Assembly: GCA_964498035.1 (NCBI GenBank)
Contig: CAZCFW010000001.1
Coordinates: 57,286 to 121,285, forward strand
Reading direction: 5' to 3'
Source: an uncultured Candidatus Saccharibacteria bacterium
GTDB lineage: Bacteria > Patescibacteriota > Minisyncoccia > Phycocordibacterales > UBA9973
Length of the DNA: 64,000 bases
A program made the translations under genes and the position numbers. Shown one piece after another: positions 47,663 through 58,227 of the stretch (within the stretch, counting starts at the first letter, position 1; the number at the start of each line of letters is the position of its first letter). Below the pieces are notes generated by a model, which was given only the letters and a program-made list of their open reading frames with translations, was not told the DNA's origin and searched no databases.

Positions 47663-48538
47663 TTATTCCTTCTGCCACCTTGCGAAAATGCCACAGGGGA
47701 GAATTCTATTTGTTTCTGATTCTTCAATACCAAGCTCGCCTATTTCTATAGTGCCCTTGTGTGAGCCCATTACGTCTATCAAGCAGTTTTCGTATGCAAT
47801 TGGAGAGTAGCCAGCTGTGTAGCCGTTTATGAGTACAAAGAGTGGGTCTTCGGATAGGACTTCCTTACACAAATCCATAAGCTCTATGAAATGCTCTTCA
47901 ATTTTCCAAAGTTCATCTTTCGGTCCGTGGCCGAATGCTGGTGGATCCATGAGGATTGCATCGTACTTATTACCACGCTTTACTTCCCTTCGGAGGAACA
48001 CAATTACGTCATCTATAATCCAACGGATTGGTTTATCAGCAAGTCCAGATAGCTCTGCATTTTCTTTCGCCCAAGCGACAGCACTCTTAGAGCCGTCCAC
48101 GTGGCAAACTTCCGCTCCCGCATCCGCACAAGCAATTGATGCTCCACCAGTGTAGCCAAATAAATTTAAAACTTTAATTGTTTCAGGGTAATCTTTTTTA
48201 TTTTTATTTATTACTTCTTTCATCCAGTCCCAGTTTGCAAGTTGCTCTGGGAAAAGTCCTACGTGTTTGAAGGATGTGGGCTTGATTGCAAATGTGTATC
48301 CACCGAAATCAATATTCCATTTCGCCGGTACAGAATTCTTGAGCTTCCATTCTGTGCGAGTGCCTTGGCGGATAAATACTGCATCAGCTTTATCCCACAC
48401 ATTGCTTGGTAGATTCCTCTTCCAAAGTGCCTCAGGATCAGGGCGAGAAAATACTACACTAGCATAGCGCTCAAGCTTGAGCCCGTCGCCAGCATCAAGG
48501 AGTTCGTAATCTTTTGTTTTCTTTGTTGTTAATATCAT
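47663..48538 (-). CDS. Class I SAM-dependent RNA methyltransferase (RlmI/RlmK-related)
   Basis: YELLDAGDGLKLERY, HVGLFPEQ, LNLFGYTG, MDPPAFG motifs. Confidence 0.85.
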   Translation of the reverse strand: MILTTKKTKDYELLDAGDGLKLERYASVVFSRPDPEALWKRNLPSNVWDKADAVFIRQGTRTEWKLKNSVPAKWNIDFGGYTFAIKPTSFKHVGLFPEQLANWDWMKEVINKNKKDYPETIKVLNLFGYTGGASIACADAGAEVCHVDGSKSAVAWAKENAELSGLADKPIRWIIDDVIVFLRREVKRGNKYDAILMDPPAFGHGPKDELWKIEEHFIELMDLCKEVLSEDPLFVLINGYTAGYSPIAYENCLIDVMGSHKGTIEIGELGIEESETNRILPCGIFARWQKE

Positions 48539-48539
48539 A

Positions 48540-49097
48540 TTATTTTAAATAAATTAATTTCTTAAAGAGTTCAAATAAGGCTTTTGCGTCAGAAAGTGCG
48601 GTGTGAGCATTCTTGTTCTCAATCTCAAAGTACTCGCAAAGAGTGCGCAGTGAGTACTTATCTATATCATCTTTATCCTTATTATGCAATTTGGCAAATG
48701 CCATTGTAATAGTATCGATTCTTAAATAGTGCATTTCATTTTTCACACCTGAGGCTTTAAAAGCTCTGTCTATGAACCCAGCATCAAAGCAAATATTGTG
48801 AGCTACCATGATAGAATCTTTCGCTTTAAGTGAAAGGAGTTGCATGCCTTGCTTGAGAGTCAGTGCATTCTCCCATTCATCTTTATCATATTTATTTATC
48901 TTAAGAGATATTGGATCCGCGGTCTCGATATGATTTGGCTTCATCTTGTACTCAATCTCTTCAATTACAGTAAACACTGGCAGAGTACCTGACCAATCTT
49001 GATCCACGAGCACAATACCCATTTCTATGAGCTCGTGCGTGTCAGGATCGAAGCCTGTGGTCTCTGTGTCGATGAATGCTAATCTGTGGTTTCTCAT
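48540..49097 (-). CDS. DEDDh 3'-5' exonuclease (DnaQ-like)
   Basis: DTETTG, AHNICFD, HTALSDA motifs. Confidence 0.9.
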   Translation of the reverse strand: MRNHRLAFIDTETTGFDPDTHELIEMGIVLVDQDWSGTLPVFTVIEEIEYKMKPNHIETADPISLKINKYDKDEWENALTLKQGMQLLSLKAKDSIMVAHNICFDAGFIDRAFKASGVKNEMHYLRIDTITMAFAKLHNKDKDDIDKYSLRTLCEYFEIENKNAHTALSDAKALFELFKKLIYLK

Positions 49098-49786
49098 TTT
49101 AAATATTTTTTAATATTAAGTTTGTGTTCTTCATATGTATTTGCAAAATGTGCGGTGCCGTCCTTATCATGTATATAGTAGTAGTATGAACTTTCTGTAG
49201 GATTCATGGCAGCATTTATAGATGTAAGTCCTGGGTTTGAAATTGGCATATCAGGAAGACCAACTTTAAGATAAGTACCCTTATCTGCATCTACCTGAAG
49301 TGGCATATTTTTCTTTAATCGCTTCCATAAAATTCCAGAAATTATCTTAATATCATTTTGCGTCGCCTCTTCTTCTAAAATTGATGCCATTGTGAGGATT
49401 TCAATACTTTCTGTGGGTGATTTTTTGTCGAAATTTGTCCTTAAACGCAATATGACATTTTCTGGTGTTTCACTCTTATAGAAAAAGTATGTGTCTGGAA
49501 AAAGATAACCCTGCAGACTGCTTGCAGATTCTATAAATTTCTTTGAGTCAAAATTAAGAATTTGTTTTGATATCAAATTTGCAATTTGTATATTTGTACT
49601 TCCTTCCGGAATAGTCACCTTCACGTTCTCAGCAATTTTCGGTGGCCCAAAGTGCCTATCTATATAAGATATTATTCTACTATAGTTAAATATAAATAAA
49701 ACAACAAAAATTACTGCTGTCGAGAGTGCAATAATTTTTATCGGAAACTTATTTTTTTCGATTGGAATTTCAGTATCTGTATCCAT
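49094..49786 (-). CDS. mltG: Endolytic transglycosylase MltG (compact form)
   Basis: TM segment, VTIPEG, GYLFPDTY, ASILEEE, LQVDA, GLP..PISNPG motifs. Confidence 0.88.
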   Translation of the reverse strand: MDTDTEIPIEKNKFPIKIIALSTAVIFVVLFIFNYSRIISYIDRHFGPPKIAENVKVTIPEGSTNIQIANLISKQILNFDSKKFIESASSLQGYLFPDTYFFYKSETPENVILRLRTNFDKKSPTESIEILTMASILEEEATQNDIKIISGILWKRLKKNMPLQVDADKGTYLKVGLPDMPISNPGLTSINAAMNPTESSYYYYIHDKDGTAHFANTYEEHKLNIKKYLK

Positions 49787-49789
49787 ATA

Positions 49790-51088
49790 TTATGAAGGCA
49801 AGTTTGACGGAGGCTTTGCAATCTTTGAATCGACACGCTTGAAGCTAGGTGTTTCTGAAACCAATCCTGGAAAGTGGTAAATAGTAGCCAATTCCTCTAA
49901 AGACAACACAAATATCTTTGGGCTATGTGATGGGAAGAATACCTTCAAGATACCCTTATATTCAATACTATACTGAATTGGTGGATGGAAGAATGTGCGT
50001 AGTCTATATGAGTTCAGCATACGGCGCTTAATCTTTGCAAGTGCAAGACCTGTAGGGTCAGCGAACGGAGAATCAAACTGTGTAGAGTTAATACGCTCAA
50101 ATTCATTTGATGATGGTGATGCATACTGCCTAAACAGCAAACGTGAACTTTTACGAAGTAAATTAAATTCTTCTTCAGTATGCAAACGGCGGTCTGCAAG
50201 TGTGACCAAACGTATGCCACAATCAAAGTGTAGTTGCTCAAGATTTCTTACAGTATTCTCAACGATCGGCTTAAGATAATCAGGTGCACGAATTTCCTTT
50301 GCATTACCACCGCCAACTCCACTACCTTTTTTAATTTGAGTGAAATCTTTAAGCATATTATCGAGGAATTGATGTGCTGCTGTGTAAAAGTCGACATGGT
50401 GCCCAGTGTGATGGTCATGATACTTCTTGAGTGTTTGACGCACGACTATTTGAATCCATACTTGCTGACCCTTTGGTAGTGATCCTAAATACTCAATAGT
50501 CGGAGTGATAGGGTCCACCTTATATTCTTCTTTTGTTCCAGATTTCATTTCATCCATCTCACGATATGTCTTTATTGGGCGGAAATCTTCTTTACCTTTT
50601 GTAAATTCTGCACTCCAAGTATACCAATTACAATTATTAGTATAGTTATCGACATGCATCGTATAGTCATCTACCTCCACAATCTTTGCCTGTGGGTACT
50701 GAGCGTAAACTTGTGTCTCCACTAGATCACGGATACGGGTCGGTGTACGAATATAGAAGTGTACCTTACCATCAATCCCAGCCATCTCAAGTGAGAACCA
50801 GAGCCATGGTGCACCTATAATAAATTCCTCCCAGAAACCCTTTCCACTCTTGTGGAAAAATGCATTTGAAAAGATAAGCTCCATAGCAGCCGGAGATTTA
50901 TCAACTTCGCGAGGTACTTGAATTTCAAGCAATGCCCATTTAATACCAACAATGAATCTTTCCACTCTGTAGTGATGCCAAAATACGTATGCCACATACG
51001 CAAGCGGAAAAGGCATTAAGTATCCGATAACAGTCACGAGGATTACCAGTGGATGAATATTATGTGCATCTAAAAACTGTGCGAGCAT
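49790..51088 (-). CDS. Uncharacterised single-TM protein
   Basis: LLEIQVPRE..KSP..ME, FSLEM, YAQYP, EELATIYHFP; recalled as resembling the accessory region of CPR VirB4/TraG-like ATPases, but no ATPase domain here. Confidence 0.6.
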   Translation of the reverse strand: MLAQFLDAHNIHPLVILVTVIGYLMPFPLAYVAYVFWHHYRVERFIVGIKWALLEIQVPREVDKSPAAMELIFSNAFFHKSGKGFWEEFIIGAPWLWFSLEMAGIDGKVHFYIRTPTRIRDLVETQVYAQYPQAKIVEVDDYTMHVDNYTNNCNWYTWSAEFTKGKEDFRPIKTYREMDEMKSGTKEEYKVDPITPTIEYLGSLPKGQQVWIQIVVRQTLKKYHDHHTGHHVDFYTAAHQFLDNMLKDFTQIKKGSGVGGGNAKEIRAPDYLKPIVENTVRNLEQLHFDCGIRLVTLADRRLHTEEEFNLLRKSSRLLFRQYASPSSNEFERINSTQFDSPFADPTGLALAKIKRRMLNSYRLRTFFHPPIQYSIEYKGILKVFFPSHSPKIFVLSLEELATIYHFPGLVSETPSFKRVDSKIAKPPSNLPS

Positions 51089-51114
51089 AAAATTATTATA
51101 TCATATAAACGAAA

Positions 51115-51142
51115 AACCAGTCCGATTTTCATCGGACTGGTT
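51115..51142 (-). terminator. Intrinsic terminator
   Basis: aaccagtccgat-tttc-atcggactggtt. Confidence 0.75.
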
Positions 51143-51156
51143 GTGGATTAGGTCAA

Positions 51157-52188
51157 TTAAACAACTGAGTATAGTCCACTTTTATTTTTCTTAAAATATT
51201 TTGTATTTTGTAAGTTTACTAAAATTGTATTCTTCTTCAAATATCTTTCCTTCATGACTTGCTCTATGATATCTTCCTTAGTCATTGGGCCATTTTTCTT
51301 GATTAATTCTTTTATCACATCACGTACCACTCCAGCTGTGTATCCCCATTCCTTAAGGGCGTAAATACCACGGCCAACGAGAACGAAACGATCATCTTTA
51401 ATAAGTTCATTGTGGCAAGTAGCTGTGTGAGTCTTCTTTGCGAATGTGTCACCAATAGCCTTTGCAACTTCACGGAAATGCATAGGTGAACCATGCTTTC
51501 TCATCATAAGAAAAGCGTAATCCTTGATTCCACGAGTTTTAATATTTGAAGATGTAGATTTACCCCATTCTCCAAGAGGATTCTTACTCATCTTCTTTGA
51601 GATGTTTAGCCAACGACGAGCTATTTCTTCACTCTTGTATTGTTCATTCAGATCCTTAAGTCCATCAAGGAAACGATTTACAAGTTCTCCTTCTGAAATA
51701 AGTTCATCGTCATCCAGACTCTTGTATAGAGAATGTAATGCTTCATGTACTTGGTCTGAAACTTCGTCGTTCACACTCCATCTTGATTTGAAATGTTCAT
51801 CTTCTTTTTCTTTAGTAAAATCATCTCCGAGAGTAAGGTAAAGGTGGATGTGATTCTGAACTTGTTCATCTTTAGATATGTGACTTAGGAATTCTTCTTC
51901 AGACACTATAGCACCTAACTCATGCATGATAGTTTTAAGTTCATCAAATACAGATTTTTCATTCTTGTATGAATCAGATTTGCGAATCATTGTAAGTGCA
52001 GCATTTTCAATCTGACGCACGCGCTCACGAGTAATGCCGTATTTACCACCAATAGCCTCAAGCGTCTTGCGCTCTGGAACATCATCAAGACCGAAACGAC
52101 TTACGATAACTTCGTACGCACGCTCAGGTAGCGGTGAGAGTATTCTTTTTGTGACTTGCTTTGGTTTAAAGGTAACTGTATTTGGCAT
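51157..52188 (-). CDS. Sigma-70 region-4 HTH protein with HARE-HTH (RNAP delta-like) domain
   Basis: RFGL..TLEAIG..YGITRERVRQIE at the N-terminus; PMHFREV..HNELI..RFVLVGRGIYALKEW at the C-terminus; no sigma region 2. Confidence 0.8.
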   Translation of the reverse strand: MPNTVTFKPKQVTKRILSPLPERAYEVIVSRFGLDDVPERKTLEAIGGKYGITRERVRQIENAALTMIRKSDSYKNEKSVFDELKTIMHELGAIVSEEEFLSHISKDEQVQNHIHLYLTLGDDFTKEKEDEHFKSRWSVNDEVSDQVHEALHSLYKSLDDDELISEGELVNRFLDGLKDLNEQYKSEEIARRWLNISKKMSKNPLGEWGKSTSSNIKTRGIKDYAFLMMRKHGSPMHFREVAKAIGDTFAKKTHTATCHNELIKDDRFVLVGRGIYALKEWGYTAGVVRDVIKELIKKNGPMTKEDIIEQVMKERYLKKNTILVNLQNTKYFKKNKSGLYSVV

Positions 52189-52297
52189 AAATATTACTTA
52201 AATTTAATTGTTAATATAAATCTGTATTTTCATAGTATCATTACTATCGAATAAAGTCAAATGTTTACATGCAAACGAACAAAACCTAGAAATATCC

Positions 52298-54100
52298 TTA
52301 TTTATTAGAGCCTTTTGACTTTGAACGTTCTTGTTCAGTAAGGTATTTCTTGCGTAAACGCACACTCTTAGGTGTAATTTCAAGATATTCATCGTCTGAC
52401 ATTACTTCAAGTCCACGCTCAATTGAGAGTGTATATGGTGGCTTCACATTCACAGCTTCATCAGTACCAGACGCACGCATGTTTGTAAGCTGTTTACCCT
52501 TGATTGGGTTCACTGCCATTTCATCACCCTTGATAACGTTACCGATAACCATACCTTCGTACACCTCAGTACCGTGCTCTACATATAATGTGCCACGATC
52601 TTGGAGGTTCCAGAGTGCGAATGCGACAGCTTTTCCAGTCATCATACTTGTCATTGAGCCCACATCGCGCTTTTTGATTTCACCAGCGTAAGAATTAAAT
52701 CCAACGAATCGTGACGCAAGAATTCCTTCACCCTTTGTGTCCACAACGAATTGACTTCTGTAGCCAAGAAGACCGCGTGTAGGTATTTCAATAAGCATGC
52801 GAGTGATTCCCTCTTTCTCATTCATAGAAGTTATCATTCCCTTTCTTGCAGTAAGCTTTTCAATAACAGCACCAGAGTATTCAGAACGCACATCGATAGT
52901 CACCTCTTCGTAAGGTTCCAATTTCTTTCCTTCTTCTTCTTTGATGATTACGTGTGGTTGAGATACCTGTAGTTCATAACCTTCACGGCGCATATTCTCA
53001 AGTAGAACTGCAATGTGTAATTCTCCACGTCCATAAACTGTGAATCCTTCTTTATCTAGTTCCACACTCTTGTCCCAGTCCACTTTGAGTCCCACGTTCA
53101 CTTCAAGCTCTTTCTCTAGGCGCTCACGAATCTGACGACTTGTCACATACTTACCTTCACGGCCAGCAAATGGTGAGTCGTTAATAAGGAAGTTTAGAGA
53201 GATAGTAGGCTCGTCGATAGAGATAGATGGGAGTGCCTCTGTAGCCTGATTGTCCACCACAGTTTCTCCGATGAATACGTCTGGAATACCAGCAATAATT
53301 GCAATATCTCCAGTAGTTAGGATGTCTGATTCTTTACGATTGATACCTTCGAATGTAAACATCTTTGTGATGCGAGTAGTTCGAGACTCTCCATCTGCTT
53401 TCTTTACGATGATGTTTGCACCAGATTTGATACTTCCTTGGTATGCACGCACGATAGCAAGACGGCCTAGGAAGTTGTCGTAACCTAAGTTGAAAACTTG
53501 TGCTTGGAATGGTGCATCAGGATTCTTACTTGCTTCTGGAACTTCACGAAGAACTAGGTCGAGAAGTGGTGTGAGGTCTGTTGATTCATCTGCAAGAGCG
53601 AGCTTCGCGATACCTTGACGGCCGATAGCGTAAATAGTTTTGAAATCAATCTGCTCTTCGTTGGCACCAAGCTCGAGGAATAGCTCAAGGACTTCTTCAT
53701 GAACACGGTCTGGGTTTGCTGCTGGCTTGTCGATCTTGTTGATCACAACGATTGGCTTAAGCCCCAATTCTAGAGACTTCTTTAGCACGAAGCGAGTCTG
53801 AGGCATAGGACCTTCTTGCGCATCTACGAGTAGGAGCACAGAGTCGATAGCACGAAGCACACGCTCCACTTCAGATCCGAAGTCCGCGTGTCCTGGCGTA
53901 TCCACGATGTTAATCTTTGTGCCCTTATAATTAACGGAAGTGTTCTTAGAATAGATAGTAATACCACGCTCAAGTTCAATGGCATTTGAGTCCATTGTTG
54001 ATCCTTCTTCAGACATTCCACACTGCTTCATTAATTGATCAGTAAGTGTAGTCTTTCCATGGTCCACGTGTGCGATGATTGCTATGTTACGAATTTGCAT
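52298..54100 (-). CDS. typA: Translational GTPase TypA/BipA
   Basis: [37 protein letters not shown] motifs. Confidence 0.96.
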   Translation of the reverse strand: MQIRNIAIIAHVDHGKTTLTDQLMKQCGMSEEGSTMDSNAIELERGITIYSKNTSVNYKGTKINIVDTPGHADFGSEVERVLRAIDSVLLLVDAQEGPMPQTRFVLKKSLELGLKPIVVINKIDKPAANPDRVHEEVLELFLELGANEEQIDFKTIYAIGRQGIAKLALADESTDLTPLLDLVLREVPEASKNPDAPFQAQVFNLGYDNFLGRLAIVRAYQGSIKSGANIIVKKADGESRTTRITKMFTFEGINRKESDILTTGDIAIIAGIPDVFIGETVVDNQATEALPSISIDEPTISLNFLINDSPFAGREGKYVTSRQIRERLEKELEVNVGLKVDWDKSVELDKEGFTVYGRGELHIAVLLENMRREGYELQVSQPHVIIKEEEGKKLEPYEEVTIDVRSEYSGAVIEKLTARKGMITSMNEKEGITRMLIEIPTRGLLGYRSQFVVDTKGEGILASRFVGFNSYAGEIKKRDVGSMTSMMTGKAVAFALWNLQDRGTLYVEHGTEVYEGMVIGNVIKGDEMAVNPIKGKQLTNMRASGTDEAVNVKPPYTLSIERGLEVMSDDEYLEITPKSVRLRKKYLTEQERSKSKGSNK

Positions 54101-54223
54101 ATAAATAAAAAATGTCCGCTTTCGGCGGGGCCAGCTAAAAAGCTGATTAATTGATGCTATTACTATATCACAAACTTATATAAAAGTAAAACACCTCATC
54201 AGTTTCCTGAGAGGTGTTGTATT

Positions 54224-54868
54224 TCATACTAAATTTCTTTTGTTTTTGATAAAATTTACTATCTCATTTTGCTCCTTCATTTCTTTGTCCGTCAATTTTT
54301 CCCATTGATCAGCAAGTTTTGAATAGAAATCTTCAATCAGTTTCAAAGTGTCCAAGCTATAAACTTGAAATTCTTGCTTGGTCTTATATTCTCTAATTAA
54401 TTCATTCACGATTTCAACATCTGATTCAGTGTATACAATACTACTATCAGAAAAGAAAATCTGTGAGCAACGATCAAAGTAATTGTAGACCACAACTGTG
54501 TTGGGATTCTTGTAGCCATCAATTCTAAGGTCTCTCAAGATTCCATCAAATTTATCCTTTAGTTTTTTACGATATTCTAACTGATGTTCAGATAGATTAT
54601 CATATACTTTATTTTCAATTTGTATCCTCTTCCCTAAGTATGCTTTGTATCCCCAACGTGATACTCCTATAATATACCCAAGAAGTAATGCAACAAGTGT
54701 AAGTATACCAAACAAGTATTTGAACGTTTGGATAAACTCAAGAAAGGATAAGTTTAATATCTTAAAATAAAGAATTAAACTCATAATTAGAAGGACAACA
54801 ACAGTGATACTCGCCCAGTGTCTTACACTGTAAGATTTACTAAGCTCTACTTTGATTTCATCTTTCAT
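54224..54868 (-). CDS. Hypothetical 2-TM protein
   Basis: Two N-terminal hydrophobic helices; TTGACG-17-TACTAT promoter upstream. Confidence 0.65.
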   Translation of the reverse strand: MKDEIKVELSKSYSVRHWASITVVVLLIMSLILYFKILNLSFLEFIQTFKYLFGILTLVALLLGYIIGVSRWGYKAYLGKRIQIENKVYDNLSEHQLEYRKKLKDKFDGILRDLRIDGYKNPNTVVVYNYFDRCSQIFFSDSSIVYTESDVEIVNELIREYKTKQEFQVYSLDTLKLIEDFYSKLADQWEKLTDKEMKEQNEIVNFIKNKRNLV

Positions 54869-54937
54869 ACTATAAATATTTTTATAGAATAGTACTACTT
54901 TTAGAACAAGTCGTCAATTATAAAATTAATTTCAAAA

Positions 54938-56014
54938 TTAAAATAATTTAACAATATCCTGATATGTAATCACAACCATAAGTATCATCAGTAACCCAAA
55001 CCCAATCAAATTAACCAAGTTACCTATTTCTGGTTTTATGCGAGAACCTTTAATCTTCTCAATAAGTAAAAAAAGCAATCTACCACCATCGAGTGCTGGA
55101 AACGGAATCAAATTTATAACTGCAAGATTAATAGAAATAAGTGCAGTGAAAGAAAGTAAATATATGAATCCAAATGAAAGAGCATTTCCAACTTCACCAA
55201 CGATGCCGACAGGTCCGGTCATAGCAGCAAGATTACCCTTACCAACCAATGAACTACTAATAAGATCATAAAACCCTATAGCTGTTGAATATGTGATTTG
55301 ACCAGTAAGTTTAAGTCCTTGATATAGTGCCTTATGTATTGGAAGCTTGAGTCTCCCAATTACATCCATTCCGATTCCAATAGTACCCTTATCTGGCACA
55401 AGACTTGTCTGTTTCATTTCTCCAGCACGTTCGAAATCGATAACTATATCATCATTTAAATGCTTCTTTATGAAATATCTCAGGCTCTCTATAGAAGGAA
55501 CTTCTGTTGTATCCTTATTATACGAAAGATGTTTGATTTTATCTCCAACCTGAAGCCCAGATAATTCTGCAGGAGATCCTTTTGAAACATTTACAATTAC
55601 CACTTGCCTGTCAATAATTACTGATCCTTGAGGTGCATTACTTACAGAGGATGGAAGTCCTGACATAAATCCAACTGAAAGTAAAAGCCATGCTACGAGG
55701 AAGTTCATAGCCACACCAGCAAACAAAACCATAGCTTGCACATATTTTGGTTTGCTTACAAAACTTCGATTCTTATCTTTACCATTTATTGATTCTTCAT
55801 CAGGATTCTCTCCGAAAATTTTTACATAACCACCTATTGGGAAAATATTTATTCGGTATAGTGTCTCACCTTTTCTCCAAGAGAAAATCTTGGGACCCAT
55901 ACCAAAAGCGAATTCGTCTACGCGTATTCCATTCTTTTTCGCAACGATAAAATGCCCAAATTCATGGGACACGACTAAAACAAGTAAGATTATTATAAAA
56001 ATTATTATATTCAT
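54938..56014 (-). CDS. rseP: Site-2 intramembrane metalloprotease RseP (M50 with PDZ)
   Basis: HEFGH, PIGGYV, PDZ SPAELSGLQVGD, NLIPFPALDGG motifs. Confidence 0.93.
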   Translation of the reverse strand: MNIIIFIIILLVLVVSHEFGHFIVAKKNGIRVDEFAFGMGPKIFSWRKGETLYRINIFPIGGYVKIFGENPDEESINGKDKNRSFVSKPKYVQAMVLFAGVAMNFLVAWLLLSVGFMSGLPSSVSNAPQGSVIIDRQVVIVNVSKGSPAELSGLQVGDKIKHLSYNKDTTEVPSIESLRYFIKKHLNDDIVIDFERAGEMKQTSLVPDKGTIGIGMDVIGRLKLPIHKALYQGLKLTGQITYSTAIGFYDLISSSLVGKGNLAAMTGPVGIVGEVGNALSFGFIYLLSFTALISINLAVINLIPFPALDGGRLLFLLIEKIKGSRIKPEIGNLVNLIGFGLLMILMVVITYQDIVKLF

Positions 56015-56062
56015 GAAATTAATTGTATCGTTTACTAGCCACTAGAAAATAATTACTAGAAC

Positions 56063-56596
56063 TTAATTCATCACTTCAGTTTCTTTCTTTTCAAAAATAG
56101 CTTCTAAATTATTATTTGCCTCATCCACACATTTCTGAATTTCATCTTTTGCTCGATGTGCTTCATCATCTGGAAGGTCTGCTGTCTTATCTATTTCATT
56201 TCCGCGTTCTTTACGCACAGATACACGAGCATCTTCTAGCTTTTCTTTTAAAACCTTAACGAGTTTAGAGCGAGTCTCTGTTGTAAGCATTGGGAAAATA
56301 GCACGAACTCCATCACTATCAGACAGTACAGAGAGGCCAAGGTTTGCAGCTTGTATAGCCTTCTCGATTTCTTTAATAGCGCTCTTGTCCCATGGAGCAA
56401 TGCGAAGAGTCTTCGGATCTTCCACTGAGACTGCCGCTATGTTCTTGATCGGCATAAAGGATCCATAACTTTCAATCATTATTGAGTCGAGCACTATTGG
56501 AGTCGCACGACCTGTGTGCACTTGGCTAAATTCTTTACTTAGCCATTCTTCTATCTTTTTTAATTCTTGTTTAAAATTTGTTGTATTGTATGCCAT
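56063..56596 (-). CDS. frr: Ribosome recycling factor
   Basis: TGRATP, PWDK, ARVSVR, KKETEVM motifs. Confidence 0.95.
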   Translation of the reverse strand: MAYNTTNFKQELKKIEEWLSKEFSQVHTGRATPIVLDSIMIESYGSFMPIKNIAAVSVEDPKTLRIAPWDKSAIKEIEKAIQAANLGLSVLSDSDGVRAIFPMLTTETRSKLVKVLKEKLEDARVSVRKERGNEIDKTADLPDDEAHRAKDEIQKCVDEANNNLEAIFEKKETEVMN

Positions 56597-56623
56597 AAAA
56601 TTTAAATTATTTTTACTAATGCA

Positions 56624-57310
56624 TTATAGCATAAGTGCTAAATGTTCTAAAATCATTTTCACAGAAGCGCCCGATGTGGAGAGGTATTTGTGTGCCTCAA
56701 TTAAATGATTTAATTTTTCTTTATCATTATTATCATATGGGAATTTATAAACCTTGTGCGAAAGTGTGAGGAGCGCATCTACAAGTTCGCGAGCTTCATC
56801 ACGGAGTGGTGCGCTGGTGTCATCGTCCTTGTGCTTTCCGATGATCTCTGCAATCATTTCCATTCTCTCACTCTTATTTACTTTCATAAATGATACTGCG
56901 ACCTTATCATATGCAGATATGATTCCCGGCATTCTTATTATGTGTGCACGAGAGCGTAGTGTGCCACGTACAGAGCTTAGGCTCGGTATTAGTATAAAAA
57001 TTATAGTGTCTTCTGTGGGTTCTTCGCAAACTTTCAGTAATGCATGCTCTGCAACTTCATTTATGCTTTTAGTTCGCACTAGTATTATTTTCTTTCCAAG
57101 ATTTGAGCTTCGCTCACTATGATGCTCTTGTAAAGTGCTCACTTCTTCCACACCTATAGATTCATATACTTCATTAAGAGCAATATTATTTTTTTCGATA
57201 CTATTTAATTTTAAAAAATCTAAAAGATATGTGTATGTATTTTCAAGCTCCCCTTCCACTAAATAGAAATGGTGCATCGGTATATGGATTAGATTTGAAA
57301 GTGGATTCAT
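56624..57310 (-). CDS. Divergent DNA polymerase III delta-prime-like protein
   Basis: HHFYL, ALLKVCEEP, TLRSR clamp-loader motifs; P-loop and Zn module absent. Confidence 0.65.
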   Translation of the reverse strand: MNPLSNLIHIPMHHFYLVEGELENTYTYLLDFLKLNSIEKNNIALNEVYESIGVEEVSTLQEHHSERSSNLGKKIILVRTKSINEVAEHALLKVCEEPTEDTIIFILIPSLSSVRGTLRSRAHIIRMPGIISAYDKVAVSFMKVNKSERMEMIAEIIGKHKDDDTSAPLRDEARELVDALLTLSHKVYKFPYDNNDKEKLNHLIEAHKYLSTSGASVKMILEHLALML

Positions 57311-57324
57311 ACTCTTATATTACA

Positions 57325-58218
57325 CTACCTAGGGTAAATATCTAAAAGTTCATCTGAATAGTAGAATTGATATGCTATATCTCCGAAGCTGTACTCCACA
57401 CCATTTATCATAATAGGTGCACCGCCAGATGCTGGATCAGGCTTTGGTATCGAGCGATTAAATCCTAGATTATAAAGTGTCGCAAGAATATCTGGGCGAC
57501 CGTATATAGGATACCCGGCATTTGCCCACTGCACTTCTGCTTGGCGCATAAAAAGGCCCACATATAAATACGAGTAGTATGGATCCTTGGTGTTGGTAAT
57601 TCGGTTGAATCTCTCAGCTGATATATCCACTCCTTCTTTATAATCTGCGACATGCTCCATTTGCTCTCCTAGATAAAATACAGATTTTGGATTTTTCAAA
57701 TTATTATCTATCCTCTCCACTGTCTCGGGCTTAAGTCCTGCAATGCCATATGAAAATTGTGATAATGAAGCGAGGACTTTTAGCGGTTCAAAATATTGCT
57801 TGAAAGCTTCCCTGCGACTCGAGAAAAACCTAAGCTGTTCACCCATCACACCGCCTAGTATTAATCTAGGTGAAATACCCGCATCACTCGCGGCTTTATT
57901 GATAACAGCTTGATCTCGAGTAAAAATTTCTTTAAGAAGATTGAAGTCTGGTGAACTCATCCATGATAAATTTGAAAGAAGAGGATGTCCTACATCTGTA
58001 GATTCTTGGTGAGTGAAATTGAAAGCATTAACGGCATTAGCGGAAATCTTCATATCTGAAACTTTAAAATATTCATCTCTCTCTTTTGCAGAACCTTGCA
58101 CATTCAGCCAGCCGAATTGCATAGCGATAAATACTGCCGTAAATACAACACCGATAAGTGCAAATATATAAAGAAAAATATCGAATATTATACCGAGCAC
58201 CCTTTTAAAAATTATCAT
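57325..58218 (-). CDS. Membrane-anchored protein with a putative lysozyme-like fold
   Basis: N-terminal TM segment; ILGGVMGEQ, SYGIAGLK, ATLYNLG echo SLT motifs I-III; 9 nt downstream of mreB. Confidence 0.5.
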   Translation of the reverse strand: MIIFKRVLGIIFDIFLYIFALIGVVFTAVFIAMQFGWLNVQGSAKERDEYFKVSDMKISANAVNAFNFTHQESTDVGHPLLSNLSWMSSPDFNLLKEIFTRDQAVINKAASDAGISPRLILGGVMGEQLRFFSSRREAFKQYFEPLKVLASLSQFSYGIAGLKPETVERIDNNLKNPKSVFYLGEQMEHVADYKEGVDISAERFNRITNTKDPYYSYLYVGLFMRQAEVQWANAGYPIYGRPDILATLYNLGFNRSIPKPDPASGGAPIMINGVEYSFGDIAYQFYYSDELLDIYPR

Positions 58219-58227
58219 TTAGTAAAT

